Assembly (NCBI GenBank): GCA_041302485.1
Contig: JBFYRA010000030.1
Coordinates: forward strand, 1 to 45,263
DNA length: 45,263 nt
DNA from: Candidatus Bipolaricaulota bacterium
GTDB taxonomy: Bacteria; Bipolaricaulota; Bipolaricaulia; UBA7950; UBA9294
Reading direction: 5' to 3'
Shown here: one piece after another, positions 9,100-17,795 of the stretch
Layout: each line of letters starts with the position of its first letter
Numbering within the stretch: position 1 is the first letter of the stretch
Program-made: the position numbers and the translations under genes
Notes under the pieces: generated by a model
Databases searched by the model: none
What the model saw: the letters and a program-made list of their open reading frames with translations, nothing else
What the model was told of the DNA's origin: nothing

Positions 9100-10083
9100 C
9101 TAGACGGCGTCCGCCGGGAGGGTGATCGCGAACCGGCACCACGGGTCCCCGGCGAGTATGGTCTCCAGAACCTCGCTTTCGAGCGATCGACCGAAGATGA
9201 CCTCGTAGGGCTTGCGGTGAAAGGCGGCGCTGCAGTTGCAGAACGTCTTCGAGACCGGCCTCTCGCCCTTCTGGAGCGACTCGCGAGCCCACGGACAATG
9301 GCAGTACAGGTAGGACCGGCGCTCCGGGTCACTCTCGCGGAGGACCTCGGCGGCCATGTACGGGATCTTCGCCTCGTACAGGACATCGCCCACGCGCACG
9401 CCCTGCCGGATCTCAGGATGAGCCTCAACGTAGGCGATCACCTCGTCGGTGATTGGCTGCGAGAAGTAGAGCGTTCCTTCGTCCCTGATCTCCTCCAGTT
9501 GGGCGACGAAGCGATCTCCCTTGCGGCGAAGGTACTCGTCGATTCCTCCGGCTTCTTCGTAGAACGCGCGTTCTCCTGCATATCCCTCATCGGGGAGGTC
9601 CCTCAGCCCTTGTCGGACGATCCACGACGTGCGCTCGCGCCCGAGCAGTCTTTCCAGGCGCTCGACGACCGCGCCCATGCGGCGCGCTCGCTCGAGGTTC
9701 GGAGTGCCAAGCTCGGGGGTCTCAATCCCAGCGAACGCTTCGTCGCGGATGGGCCGGCCGGCCTCCTCTTCCACCCTGCGGACCAGGTTTGCGAACGCCT
9801 CGTTCCCGTCGAGGATCTCGAGCAGCGCGACGTACGCCTCGCGGTTGCCCAGATAGCGGCCGAAGCGAGCCAGGGCAAGGATCGCGTCGTAGCTGGACTC
9901 CCCGCTTGCCGAGAGCTCGTGGACGAAGGCGCGTGCGGCGCCGGCAGACGCCCCCTGGGCCGTGCCGCCCGACGTTTCGCGAACGTAGTGCTCAAACCGT
10001 TCGGCAAGAGCGAACGAACGGCCGATGGTCTCTTCCGTGGCGTGACGGCTCTCGATGTAGGCGCGAAACCCCGTCTCGTCCAT
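9100..10083 (-). CDS. Hypothetical Cys-rich protein (327 aa)
   Basis: GGGAGGACAC-ATG start. The C-terminal part carries YLYCHCPW...FCNCSAAFHRKPYE...GDPWCRF, which looks like a metal-binding cysteine pattern. The N-terminal half is helical. Confidence 0.7.
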   Translation of the reverse strand: MDETGFRAYIESRHATEETIGRSFALAERFEHYVRETSGGTAQGASAGAARAFVHELSASGESSYDAILALARFGRYLGNREAYVALLEILDGNEAFANLVRRVEEEAGRPIRDEAFAGIETPELGTPNLERARRMGAVVERLERLLGRERTSWIVRQGLRDLPDEGYAGERAFYEEAGGIDEYLRRKGDRFVAQLEEIRDEGTLYFSQPITDEVIAYVEAHPEIRQGVRVGDVLYEAKIPYMAAEVLRESDPERRSYLYCHCPWARESLQKGERPVSKTFCNCSAAFHRKPYEVIFGRSLESEVLETILAGDPWCRFAITLPADAV

Positions 10084-10161
10084 GTGTCCTCCCGTTCGAG
10101 AGGATCGCCCGGCCGCGTCTCGCGAGCGTCCCTATCCGTCGAGCTCGAGTACACTTCCGTC

Positions 10162-10905
10162 ATGTGTCGGATGATGGCCGCACCCACAGGCATTCCCGGG
10201 CACCTCGTCGCGGACCCATTCCTTCGGATGGCGCGAGGCGAGAACGCGCTGAACGAGCGGAACACGAGGCGCGGTCTCGTACGCCACGGAGACGGGTGGG
10301 GCGCCGTCATCGTGAGAGATGGAGAGACGAGCCGCGTGCGCGGCTCGCTTGCGTGCTGGGACGACGAGGGGTTCTCGACCGTCCGCTCCTCGGTCGTGCA
10401 ACTCCTGCACGCCCGCCTCGCATCGAGCGCCGGGCGCGGCGTGGACAACGCGCATCCGTTTGTGGCCGAGGTCCGTGGCGAGACCTGGTACTTCAGTCAC
10501 AACGGAACGCTCAACGACGAGCCCGACGACGGCACGGGCGCCACGGACTCCGAGCGGTTCTTCCGCCGCATGACGCCCGTCCTCGATCAGAGCGACCCCA
10601 TCGACGCGTTCGAGGCGACGGCCGGCGCGCTCTCCAGCATCACGGCGCTCAACGCGCTGCTTCTCTCTCCCCGAGGGTTGTGGGCGTTTTGCGTCTGGGC
10701 CGACTCAGAGTATGCCGCCTACTATACGCTCGCCTGGGCCAAGGCGGCGGACGGCGTGGTCGTCGCTTCGGAGCCGCTCGGCGACGTCGCGTCTCGGTGG
10801 ACTCCAATGGAGAATAGAACTGCATTGTGGGTCCCGGCAGGGACTGCGGATGCCCGCGTCGTTCGCCTTCGCCTTCCCAACGCGATCATGCGCGCGGCGG
10901 CGTGA
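10162..10905 (+). CDS. Class II (Ntn-type) glutamine amidotransferase, YafJ-like (247 aa)
   Basis: It starts MCRMMAAPTG, with Cys2 as the nucleophile. HGDGWG and NAHPF...HNG blocks are present. The rest of the listed 655-aa ORF upstream is antisense to 9100..10083. Confidence 0.75.
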   Translation: MCRMMAAPTGIPGHLVADPFLRMARGENALNERNTRRGLVRHGDGWGAVIVRDGETSRVRGSLACWDDEGFSTVRSSVVQLLHARLASSAGRGVDNAHPFVAEVRGETWYFSHNGTLNDEPDDGTGATDSERFFRRMTPVLDQSDPIDAFEATAGALSSITALNALLLSPRGLWAFCVWADSEYAAYYTLAWAKAADGVVVASEPLGDVASRWTPMENRTALWVPAGTADARVVRLRLPNAIMRAAA

Positions 10906-11959
10906 AGCGGATGATGACGATATCTCCGTCCCCTACCTCGTACTCCCGTCCCTCGAGGCGGCGTTTGCCGGCTCGGGCGACGGCGTCCTCGGACCCGAGG
11001 GCCACGAGATCGGCGTAGGGGATAACTTCCATGCGCACGAATCCGCGCTCCATGTCGCTGTGAATCTTCCCCGCTGCGATCGGCGCCTGGTCCCCTCTGT
11101 GGCACGTCCAGACGTGGACTTCGCGCTCGCCGGCGGTGAAGAAGTCGACGAGCCCGAGTTCGCGGTACGCGGCGTGGATGACTCTCTCGATCGACATCTC
11201 GGCGAGACCCAGCTCGACGAGGAACGGCGCCCGTTCATCGTCGTCGAGTTCGCTTAGGTCCGCCTCGTCGCGGCCGCAGATCGCCACGACTTCCGCGTCC
11301 TCGCTTCGCGCCCACGTCCGGAGTTCGTCCACGAGAGGTCCTTCGAGATCGCCGGGCGACATGACGTTGGCCACGTACAAGACCGGCTTCTGCGACAGGA
11401 GGTTGCAGTCGAACACGCTCGAGCGCTCGCGCTCCGACAGCGCTTGGCGCCTTGCGGGAAGGCCGTCGTGCAGGTGCTCGAACACGCGCTCGCAGTCTTC
11501 AAGCTCCTGCGCCGCATCCTTGTCGCCGGTCCGAGCGCGTTTCACGATCCGATCGCGCTTCCTCTGCAGAGTGGCCGCGTCGGCGGCCATCAGCTCAAGG
11601 TCGACAAGCTCGACGTCGTGGATCGGCTGAGCCGCGCCCTCGGCGGACGAGAACATCCGCACGACGTGGATCAGGACGTCGGCTTCTTTGATGTGCGTGA
11701 GAAGGCGCGATGCGCGTCCGCCTGCCGTGACGTCGCCGGCCGCGAGGCCGGGAATGTCGGCGATCTCGACCGACGCGCGCACGATCTTCTTTGGCTGATA
11801 GAGCCGGACGAGCTCGTCGATGCGCGGGTCGGGCACCTCGACGGTGGCACGGTGAAGTTCGGCGGCGTCGAACGACGAGGCGCCCGCAGCCGTGATCGCA
11901 TTGAATACTGTGGTCTTGCCGCAGCCGGGGCGGCCCACAAGACCGCAACGAAGCGCCAT
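10886..11959 (-). CDS. ychF: Redox-regulated ATPase YchF (357 aa)
   Basis: GGAGGGATCTCTC-ATG start. MALRCGLVGRPGCGKTTVFNAIT P-loop, DIPGL and a C-terminal TGS-like domain are present. The listed ORF is over-extended by 190 codons. Confidence 0.9.
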   Translation of the reverse strand: MALRCGLVGRPGCGKTTVFNAITAAGASSFDAAELHRATVEVPDPRIDELVRLYQPKKIVRASVEIADIPGLAAGDVTAGGRASRLLTHIKEADVLIHVVRMFSSAEGAAQPIHDVELVDLELMAADAATLQRKRDRIVKRARTGDKDAAQELEDCERVFEHLHDGLPARRQALSERERSSVFDCNLLSQKPVLYVANVMSPGDLEGPLVDELRTWARSEDAEVVAICGRDEADLSELDDDERAPFLVELGLAEMSIERVIHAAYRELGLVDFFTAGEREVHVWTCHRGDQAPIAAGKIHSDMERGFVRMEVIPYADLVALGSEDAVARAGKRRLEGREYEVGDGDIVIIRFTPPRA

Positions 11960-12042
11960 GAGAGATCCCTCCAAGGAGACGGACGACCCGAAGGGCCGTC
12001 GCCAGGCCCATTCTAGCGAATCGCAGAGTCTGTCTCCAGAGG

Positions 12043-12711
12043 CTAGCCGCGCGGCAGGAGGTAGAGGAGGATCGCGACGTAGTGGCAGACGCTTCCGCCG
12101 AGCACGAAGAGGTGCCAGATGGCGTGGTTGTAGGGCAACCGCTTCCAGGCGTAGAAGCCGACACCGGCCGTGTAGGACAGGCCGCCGGCCGCTACGTAGC
12201 CGATCGCCGCGTGGGGGATGCGCAGCCAGGCCTCGCGTGCCGCGACGACGATCATCCAGCCCATCAGGATGTACACGACGACCGACAGTCGCTTCAGACG
12301 CCCGATGAACAGGCTCTTGAAGACGACGCCGAGGATCGCGAGAGTCCAGATGGCCACGAGGAGCGTGAGCCCCCACAGGCCCCACAGCGAGAGGAGCAAG
12401 AAAGGCGTGTACGTCCCCGCAATCAAGAGGTAGATCGAGCAGTGATCGAAGATGCGGAAGACTCGTTTCGCTCTTGGCGGGCGCAGGGCGTGATACAGGG
12501 TCGACGAAAGGTGGAGGAGGAACAGGCACGAGCCGTAGATGGCAAAGCTCACCACGTGGAGCGTCGTGCCGGAGCAGGCGGCGCGATAGAGCAGGAGGGC
12601 TGTCCCGAGAAGGCTCAGCAGTGCGCCGACGCCGTGCGTGATGCTGTTGGCGACCTCCTCGCCGATCGTGTACTCCGGCAAGTGGTGATTCGCGGACTTC
12701 GCTTCCTTCAT
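12043..12711 (-). CDS. Hemolysin III / PAQR family membrane protein (222 aa)
   Basis: EEVANSITHGVGALLS, LYHA, FDHCSIYLLIAGTYTP and HLFVLGGSVCH motifs are present, with seven predicted TM helices. The start ATG overlaps the upstream stop as ATGA. Confidence 0.9.
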   Translation of the reverse strand: MKEAKSANHHLPEYTIGEEVANSITHGVGALLSLLGTALLLYRAACSGTTLHVVSFAIYGSCLFLLHLSSTLYHALRPPRAKRVFRIFDHCSIYLLIAGTYTPFLLLSLWGLWGLTLLVAIWTLAILGVVFKSLFIGRLKRLSVVVYILMGWMIVVAAREAWLRIPHAAIGYVAAGGLSYTAGVGFYAWKRLPYNHAIWHLFVLGGSVCHYVAILLYLLPRG

Positions 12712-13448
12712 GTGCTGATCGTACCCGGATCGTCCCCGTCGCTCAGACCCGAGCCGCGCCTGTAGAGGAAAGCATTCCCTGCCTTCCCGACAACCCGGAC
12801 GACGCCGATCGTCCGCAGCACATAGGCGATCTTCTGCGCCATCCAGCGGGGCTGGCGAAGGGACGTAGCGAGGTCCGCCGTCGTGAAGTCGTCCCTGAGC
12901 GCGGAGGGAAGGATCCCGAGGTAGTCGGCGGGATGATCGAGGGAAACGCAATCCTGAACAGCGACGAGGCGACGCTCTCCGACAACGAACCCTTTGCGGC
13001 GCGCCGACTCGTGGCGCACTTCTTCTTCATGCACGAGGACGATGTCGACCGCGAGGTTCGAGTCCCCGAGGAGGTCCCCGAGGCCGACGAGCTCGCGAAA
13101 CGCGTCCAGCGCAGTCGCGCGGCGGCGCGAGTCCCGTCGCGATTGCTCGACTCCATGCTCGTCCACGCGCACGATCGTCTTGCGAGCGGCGACCGGCAGG
13201 ACGAGTCGGACCTTGTGTCGCCTGACGAGCGCGGAGATCTTTCGCCGGAGTCTGGACGCTGACGTGGTCTGAATCTCGATCAGCGCGCCGTCGCGGACGA
13301 TGTCGGCGACGAACCCCTCGACCGGGACCTCGAACCGGTCGCCATCTTCTGCGTACCAGAGTTTCAGCGCCGCGTGAAGTGGCTTCTCGTTCAGCAGGCC
13401 GACTCGCGCGGTCGCTCGTCCGTCTTCGGTTGTCGCGTCCCGCGCCAT
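12708..13448 (-). CDS. PD-(D/E)XK nuclease-like protein with C-terminal winged-helix-like domain (246 aa)
   Basis: MARDATT... is followed by FVADIVRDGALIEIQT, which fits a D...E-x-Q/K nuclease core pattern. The C-terminal part, RQPRWMAQKIAYVLRTIGVVRVVGKAGNAFLY, looks like a wHTH. The listed ORF is over-extended upstream. Confidence 0.6.
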   Translation of the reverse strand: MARDATTEDGRATARVGLLNEKPLHAALKLWYAEDGDRFEVPVEGFVADIVRDGALIEIQTTSASRLRRKISALVRRHKVRLVLPVAARKTIVRVDEHGVEQSRRDSRRRATALDAFRELVGLGDLLGDSNLAVDIVLVHEEEVRHESARRKGFVVGERRLVAVQDCVSLDHPADYLGILPSALRDDFTTADLATSLRQPRWMAQKIAYVLRTIGVVRVVGKAGNAFLYRRGSGLSDGDDPGTIST

Positions 13449-13471
13449 GCGTTGTCCCTTCCGTTCCGCAG

Positions 13472-13909
13472 TCAGCGGACGACGAGCCAGGTGCCGATGA
13501 GGAGCACGACGAGCCCCAGCGCGCGCGTCGCGCTGAACGGGTGCGGCCCGGCTCCGAGCCAGCCGAAGTGGTCGAGGACCGCGCCGACGACGAGCTGAGC
13601 GACGATCGTCAAGACGAGCGTCGTTGCCAGCCCAAGACGGGGCACCGCGAAGCTCACCGCGGCGACGATCCCCACCCCGACGAACCCGGCGGCGTACGCG
13701 TGCCAAGGAACCGACCGCCACGCGGCGAGATGGCCGCCGCGCAGGCCGATCATCAGGGCGGCGGCGAGGGCGAGGCCGACGAGGTGGATGACGAACGCTG
13801 CCTCGAGGACCCCCAGTCGACGGCCGATCACTCCCGACAGAGAAGACTGGATCGAGATGGCGATTCCCGCCGCGATGGCGAGAGACGCAGCTCCGAAGCC
13901 TGTGATCAT
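13472..13909 (-). CDS. DMT-superfamily small transporter (DUF606/YdcZ-like), 145 aa
   Basis: Five hydrophobic helices. ISIQSSLSGVIGRRLG and TLVLTIVAQLVVGAVLDHFGWLG are typical of the YdcZ family. Confidence 0.8.
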   Translation of the reverse strand: MITGFGAASLAIAAGIAISIQSSLSGVIGRRLGVLEAAFVIHLVGLALAAALMIGLRGGHLAAWRSVPWHAYAAGFVGVGIVAAVSFAVPRLGLATTLVLTIVAQLVVGAVLDHFGWLGAGPHPFSATRALGLVVLLIGTWLVVR

Positions 13910-13948
13910 GGTGCCCCTTTCCTGTTCCGAGAGAGTCCGCGGCTCCCG

Positions 13949-14599
13949 CTACGCATCCGCCCGCCGTCCGGCGATCAGAGTGTAGGCGGCACGGCACTGC
14001 TCAGGGAACACGAGCAGCCTCCCAAGAGAGGAGTCGCGGTCGGCTGACGGGAGCGCGATCTCCTCCGCGTGCCTATGCGCGAGGTGAACCAGCGCCTCGA
14101 GTTCGGCCAGGACGGGCTGCGCGGCGCCGCGGGGGCCTGCGGGCCCGGGGTCGGCTGCCCGGACTTCGCGGAGGAGTTCCTTCGCCGCACGAGACAACAG
14201 CACGAGAGAGGCGCGAAACAGTCCTCGATGAAACGCCAACAGGGCATCGCGCAGGGTCTCGAGGATGGCCTCGGACACGGCGTCGTTCGTGAGATCGCGC
14301 ACCCGCGAGATCATTCCATCCGGGTCGTAGGCCGCGATGGCTCCCTCATCGAGACACCGAGCGCCATATTCCGTCACATGGACGAACGGCAGGTGCAGGT
14401 TGAGGGAGTTCTTGCCCGGCGCGAGAACGCCCTGGAGCAGGAGATCCCACACCACTTCCTGCACGGCGAGTGCGTCCGCTCGCTCGTACCCGTCGGCCTT
14501 CTGGCGGATCTCGCTCTCGATCGCGTGGACGTGCGTCTGCGGCGTGCGTCGCAGGATCTCGAACACGAGCGGCCGAAGTAGCGTCCTGTCCATAGGCAT
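13949..14599 (-). CDS. Hypothetical protein (216 aa), N-terminal winged-helix-like
   Basis: Protein-like composition, and first gene of a minus-strand run (13949..14599, DMT, nuclease-like, HlyIII, YchF). I recognise no family. Confidence 0.55.
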   Translation of the reverse strand: MPMDRTLLRPLVFEILRRTPQTHVHAIESEIRQKADGYERADALAVQEVVWDLLLQGVLAPGKNSLNLHLPFVHVTEYGARCLDEGAIAAYDPDGMISRVRDLTNDAVSEAILETLRDALLAFHRGLFRASLVLLSRAAKELLREVRAADPGPAGPRGAAQPVLAELEALVHLAHRHAEEIALPSADRDSSLGRLLVFPEQCRAAYTLIAGRRADA

Positions 14600-14700
14600 C
14601 CCCGCGCGGCGGGGTCGAGCAAGGGTACTGCGCTGCCCCGGCGCGGCACAAGCGGCTTGCCCGGTGCGTGGAGTCCGCGTACCGTCTCGCGGGAGGCATC

Positions 14701-15762
14701 ATGGCAAAGTTGGTGCGGTCGGCGCGAACGACTCTCGGGCAACCGCCCGGCAGTCTCGTTCATGTCGGCCACGTCTACACGTCGTCGACGACGCTGTCGC
14801 GCATAGAGTACAACGCGGACCGGGTCGTGGAGAGTCGTCCCGACCCGGCGAACGCTCTCGTTCACGAATTGCCGGACAGCGTCCTGTGGCTCGATGTCGA
14901 CGGAGTCCACGACGCGTCCGCGATCGAGGCGATCGGCTCCTCGGCCGGGATTCACTCGTTGATCCTCGAAGACGTCATGCACACCGGCGAGAGGCCGAAG
15001 ATCGAGGAATCCGCATCCTCGCTGTTTGTGTCTCTGCGCATGCTGCGCATCGCCGCGTCGACGCGACAGATTGAAGACGAGCAGGTCAGCCTGGTCCTGG
15101 CCCCATCGGGAGTCATCTCCTTCCAGGAGAGGCAGGGAGACGTGTTCGATCCGGTGCGCGACCGGATCCGCTCGGGATTTGGGCACACCCGATCGGCGGG
15201 GCCCGATTACCTCTTCTGTTCGCTGCTCGACGCCGTCGTCGACCACTACTTCGTCGTGCTCGAGGATGTCGGTGATCGCGTCGAGGAGATCTACGAACGC
15301 GTGACGCGGAACCCGAGCAGAATAGAACTCGACTCCTTGCGCCTATTGAAGCGGGAACTCCTGTACATGCGGAAGGCCGTCTGGCCGCTGCGCGAGGTCC
15401 TCAGCCACCTAGAGCACGGCGCCACGTCGCTGTTGGCTTCCGACACGCTGCCCTACTTCCGCGACGTCTACGATCACGCGATCCAGATCCTCGACACGAT
15501 CGAGACCTATCGCGAGATGCTGACGAGCCTCATGGACGTCTACCTTTCAAGCATTGCGAACCGCACCAACGAGGTCATGAAGGTGCTCACGATGATCACG
15601 ACCCTGTTCATCCCGCTGTCTTTCCTTGCCGGGCTCTACGGGATGAACTTCCGCTTCATGCCCGAACTTGAGTGGCGCTACGGCTACTACGCACTGCTCG
15701 GCCTCATGGGGAGCGTGACGGTCGGGATGCTCGTCTACTTCCGCCGCAAGCGCTGGCTGTAA
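14701..15762 (+). CDS. corA: Magnesium/cobalt transporter CorA (353 aa)
   Basis: GGGAGGCATC-ATG start. The C-terminal two TM helices carry the YGMNF signature (LAGLYGMNFRFMPELEW). Confidence 0.9.
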   Translation: MAKLVRSARTTLGQPPGSLVHVGHVYTSSTTLSRIEYNADRVVESRPDPANALVHELPDSVLWLDVDGVHDASAIEAIGSSAGIHSLILEDVMHTGERPKIEESASSLFVSLRMLRIAASTRQIEDEQVSLVLAPSGVISFQERQGDVFDPVRDRIRSGFGHTRSAGPDYLFCSLLDAVVDHYFVVLEDVGDRVEEIYERVTRNPSRIELDSLRLLKRELLYMRKAVWPLREVLSHLEHGATSLLASDTLPYFRDVYDHAIQILDTIETYREMLTSLMDVYLSSIANRTNEVMKVLTMITTLFIPLSFLAGLYGMNFRFMPELEWRYGYYALLGLMGSVTVGMLVYFRRKRWL

Positions 15763-15768
15763 TGAGAA

Positions 15769-15796
15769 CGGGAGGACGGGCGTGTCCGTCCTCCCG
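15769..15796. terminator. Bidirectional hairpin between convergent corA and the zinc-ribbon gene
   Basis: Perfect 11-bp stem CGGGAGGACGG / CCGTCCTCCCG with a 6-nt loop, 7 nt after the corA stop. Confidence 0.5.
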
Positions 15797-15836
15797 CAGC
15801 GCCGCGCGGGCGGCGCCAGCTCACCGATGCCAGGAG

Positions 15837-16190
15837 CTAGAAGTCGTCGTCGTCCTCGTCGTCCTCGTCGGCGTCGAGATCCTCGTCGTCCTCGAAATCG
15901 TCGTCCTCCTCGATCCACTCGAGACGGATCGGATCTTCATCGACGACCTCGAGCAAGGCTTCGCACTCCTCACAGCGAAGGCGATTCCACAGACTGAGCT
16001 CATCCTTGTCCAGATCGAGTGCCGCATCGCATACAGGACACACGATCTTGCCCCCGGTCCCCTCCTTGGCCTTCTGCCTCTCCGCGGAGCCGGCGCTTCG
16101 ACCCTTCTGCGGCACGGCAGCCGCGGCGTCCCTCGACCCGCCGCGAGGGGCGCTTTCCTGTCCCCGTCGCTTCTTCGCCCCATCAGCCAT
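15837..16190 (-). CDS. LysW-like zinc-ribbon protein with basic N-terminus and poly-acidic C-terminal tail (117 aa)
   Basis: GGAGGAGAAGGAGAGTCCAG-ATG start. MADGAKKRRGQ... is followed by CPVC-N18-CEEC and LLEVVDEDPIRLE, which resembles Thermus LysW from memory. The tail is DDDFEDDEDLDADEDDEDDDDF*. Confidence 0.7.
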   Translation of the reverse strand: MADGAKKRRGQESAPRGGSRDAAAAVPQKGRSAGSAERQKAKEGTGGKIVCPVCDAALDLDKDELSLWNRLRCEECEALLEVVDEDPIRLEWIEEDDDFEDDEDLDADEDDEDDDDF

Positions 16191-16336
16191 CTGGACTCTC
16201 CTTCTCCTCCGGAATGTCGTCGGCTCGCCTTCGCCCATCCGGGCGCCCATCCACCCCGCTGCGCACCCTGCCCCCACACCCCACGGGGCCGCAGCGTACT
16301 GAGTCTGCATGGCAGGAGTCAATACCCCGTTCGTGC

Positions 16337-17776
16337 CTATTTGTCCAGCCCCGTTGGTCCGTCGCCGCCACCGCCCGTTTCCCGAGCAACCGCCTGGCCG
16401 TGCACTCCGCGCGTCAGTGGATCCGTAGCGAGATCGACCACGAGATGTGACAGGAGCCGAACTCCGACGCTCAGCGCCGCCTCATCGAAGTCGAACGTCG
16501 CGCTGTGTGCTGCGAGAACGCGGCTGCGATCGGGATCCTCGCGCCGAATCCCGTACGCATCGGCGCCGATCCCGATGTTCGCGGCAAGGCCGCCTCGCGC
16601 TTGCACCGCGCGCATCATCTCGGTGAAGTCCTCGCTTCCTCCGACGCTCTCCACCTTGTGAAACGCGAACCCTCCTATCGCGCGCGCGACGGCCTCGATT
16701 CGGCCCGCAAGCACCGGATCGCTTGCCGCGGTGTCCGCTTGCCCCATCGGGAGAATCTGGACTTCGCACCCATACATGGCCGCGGCGCCCTCGATCACGC
16801 GAGCGGCGCGCTCGGCCATCGATTCGCAGAGGGCGCTTGTGGCTCCGCGAACTTCCGCGACGAGGAGAGCCCGATCGGGGATCACGTTCCGCCCGGTCCC
16901 CGCCTCCATTCGCCCCACATGGACGCGCGTGAATCCCGCATGGTGCCGCGGGAGCGCGTGGAGGTGAAGCGCGGCGGCGGCGGCCGCGAGGAGGGCGTTC
17001 TTCCCTCCTTCGGGTCTTCCTCCGGCGTGGGCTGCCTCTCCAACGAATGAAACGTCGAACTTCCGCGTCGCCGCGTATCCGCCCAATCCGCACGCCATCT
17101 CCCCTGTCGCCCAGCCGGCGAAGACGTGACAACCGACGACGGTGTCCACGTCCGCCAAGTGTCCGGCGGCGACGATCGATTGCGCTCCGCGCACGCCCTC
17201 CTCCGCCGGCTGGAAGATGAGTCGCAACGTCCCAGGAAGAGGGCAAGGGAGACGGGCGATCGTTTCGGCGACGCCGAGCCCGATGGCCACGTGCCCGTCA
17301 TGGCCGCATGCGTGCGCGGCGCCTCGGTTCATGGATGCGAATCCATCGCGCGCCGGGCGGTGGCTCGCCGCGTCGCTTTCGATGAGGTCGAGCGCGTCGA
17401 TGTCGAACCGCAGCGCGATCACGGGTCCGCTGCCGCAGGAGCGGGAAGCGACGGCACCGGTGAACCCACCGCGCATGGCCTCGAGAAGCTCCGGATCCGC
17501 TCCTTGGCTTGCAGCGCGTCGCAGGTGGCCGTCGAGGAGATCGGCCGGCGGGACACCCATGCGCGCGTCGGCGGCACAAACCTGTTGGCCAAGCTCCGGT
17601 TTGTACCCCAAGTCGAGTAATCGTCTGGCGATGAACGCCGTCGTCCAGAATTCCGTCCATCCCGACTCGGCGTGGCGATGGACCTCGCGGCGGTCGCTTG
17701 TCAACCGCATGGCCATGCCGGCGACGGATTCGTCGATCGCGCGGTGGGAAGAGTCCATGTTCCGTCGACTCGGCAT
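16337..17776 (-). CDS. M20-family amidohydrolase/peptidase (M20D-like), 479 aa
   Basis: HACGHDGH metal-binding block, FQPAEEG and a dimerisation insert are present. ATG at 17776 lies 7 nt after GAGGAG. Alternative starts are at 17758 and 17818. Confidence 0.85.
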   Translation of the reverse strand: MPSRRNMDSSHRAIDESVAGMAMRLTSDRREVHRHAESGWTEFWTTAFIARRLLDLGYKPELGQQVCAADARMGVPPADLLDGHLRRAASQGADPELLEAMRGGFTGAVASRSCGSGPVIALRFDIDALDLIESDAASHRPARDGFASMNRGAAHACGHDGHVAIGLGVAETIARLPCPLPGTLRLIFQPAEEGVRGAQSIVAAGHLADVDTVVGCHVFAGWATGEMACGLGGYAATRKFDVSFVGEAAHAGGRPEGGKNALLAAAAAALHLHALPRHHAGFTRVHVGRMEAGTGRNVIPDRALLVAEVRGATSALCESMAERAARVIEGAAAMYGCEVQILPMGQADTAASDPVLAGRIEAVARAIGGFAFHKVESVGGSEDFTEMMRAVQARGGLAANIGIGADAYGIRREDPDRSRVLAAHSATFDFDEAALSVGVRLLSHLVVDLATDPLTRGVHGQAVARETGGGGDGPTGLDK

Positions 17777-17795
17777 CGTCATGCTCCTCATGTGG

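Noticed and set aside
8938-10161. N-terminal 408 codons of the listed 655-aa + strand ORF.
   Set aside because: This part is antisense to the well-supported 9100..10083 gene and has junk-like composition. Only the part from MCRMMAAP (10162) matches a class II amidotransferase, which must begin Met-Cys.
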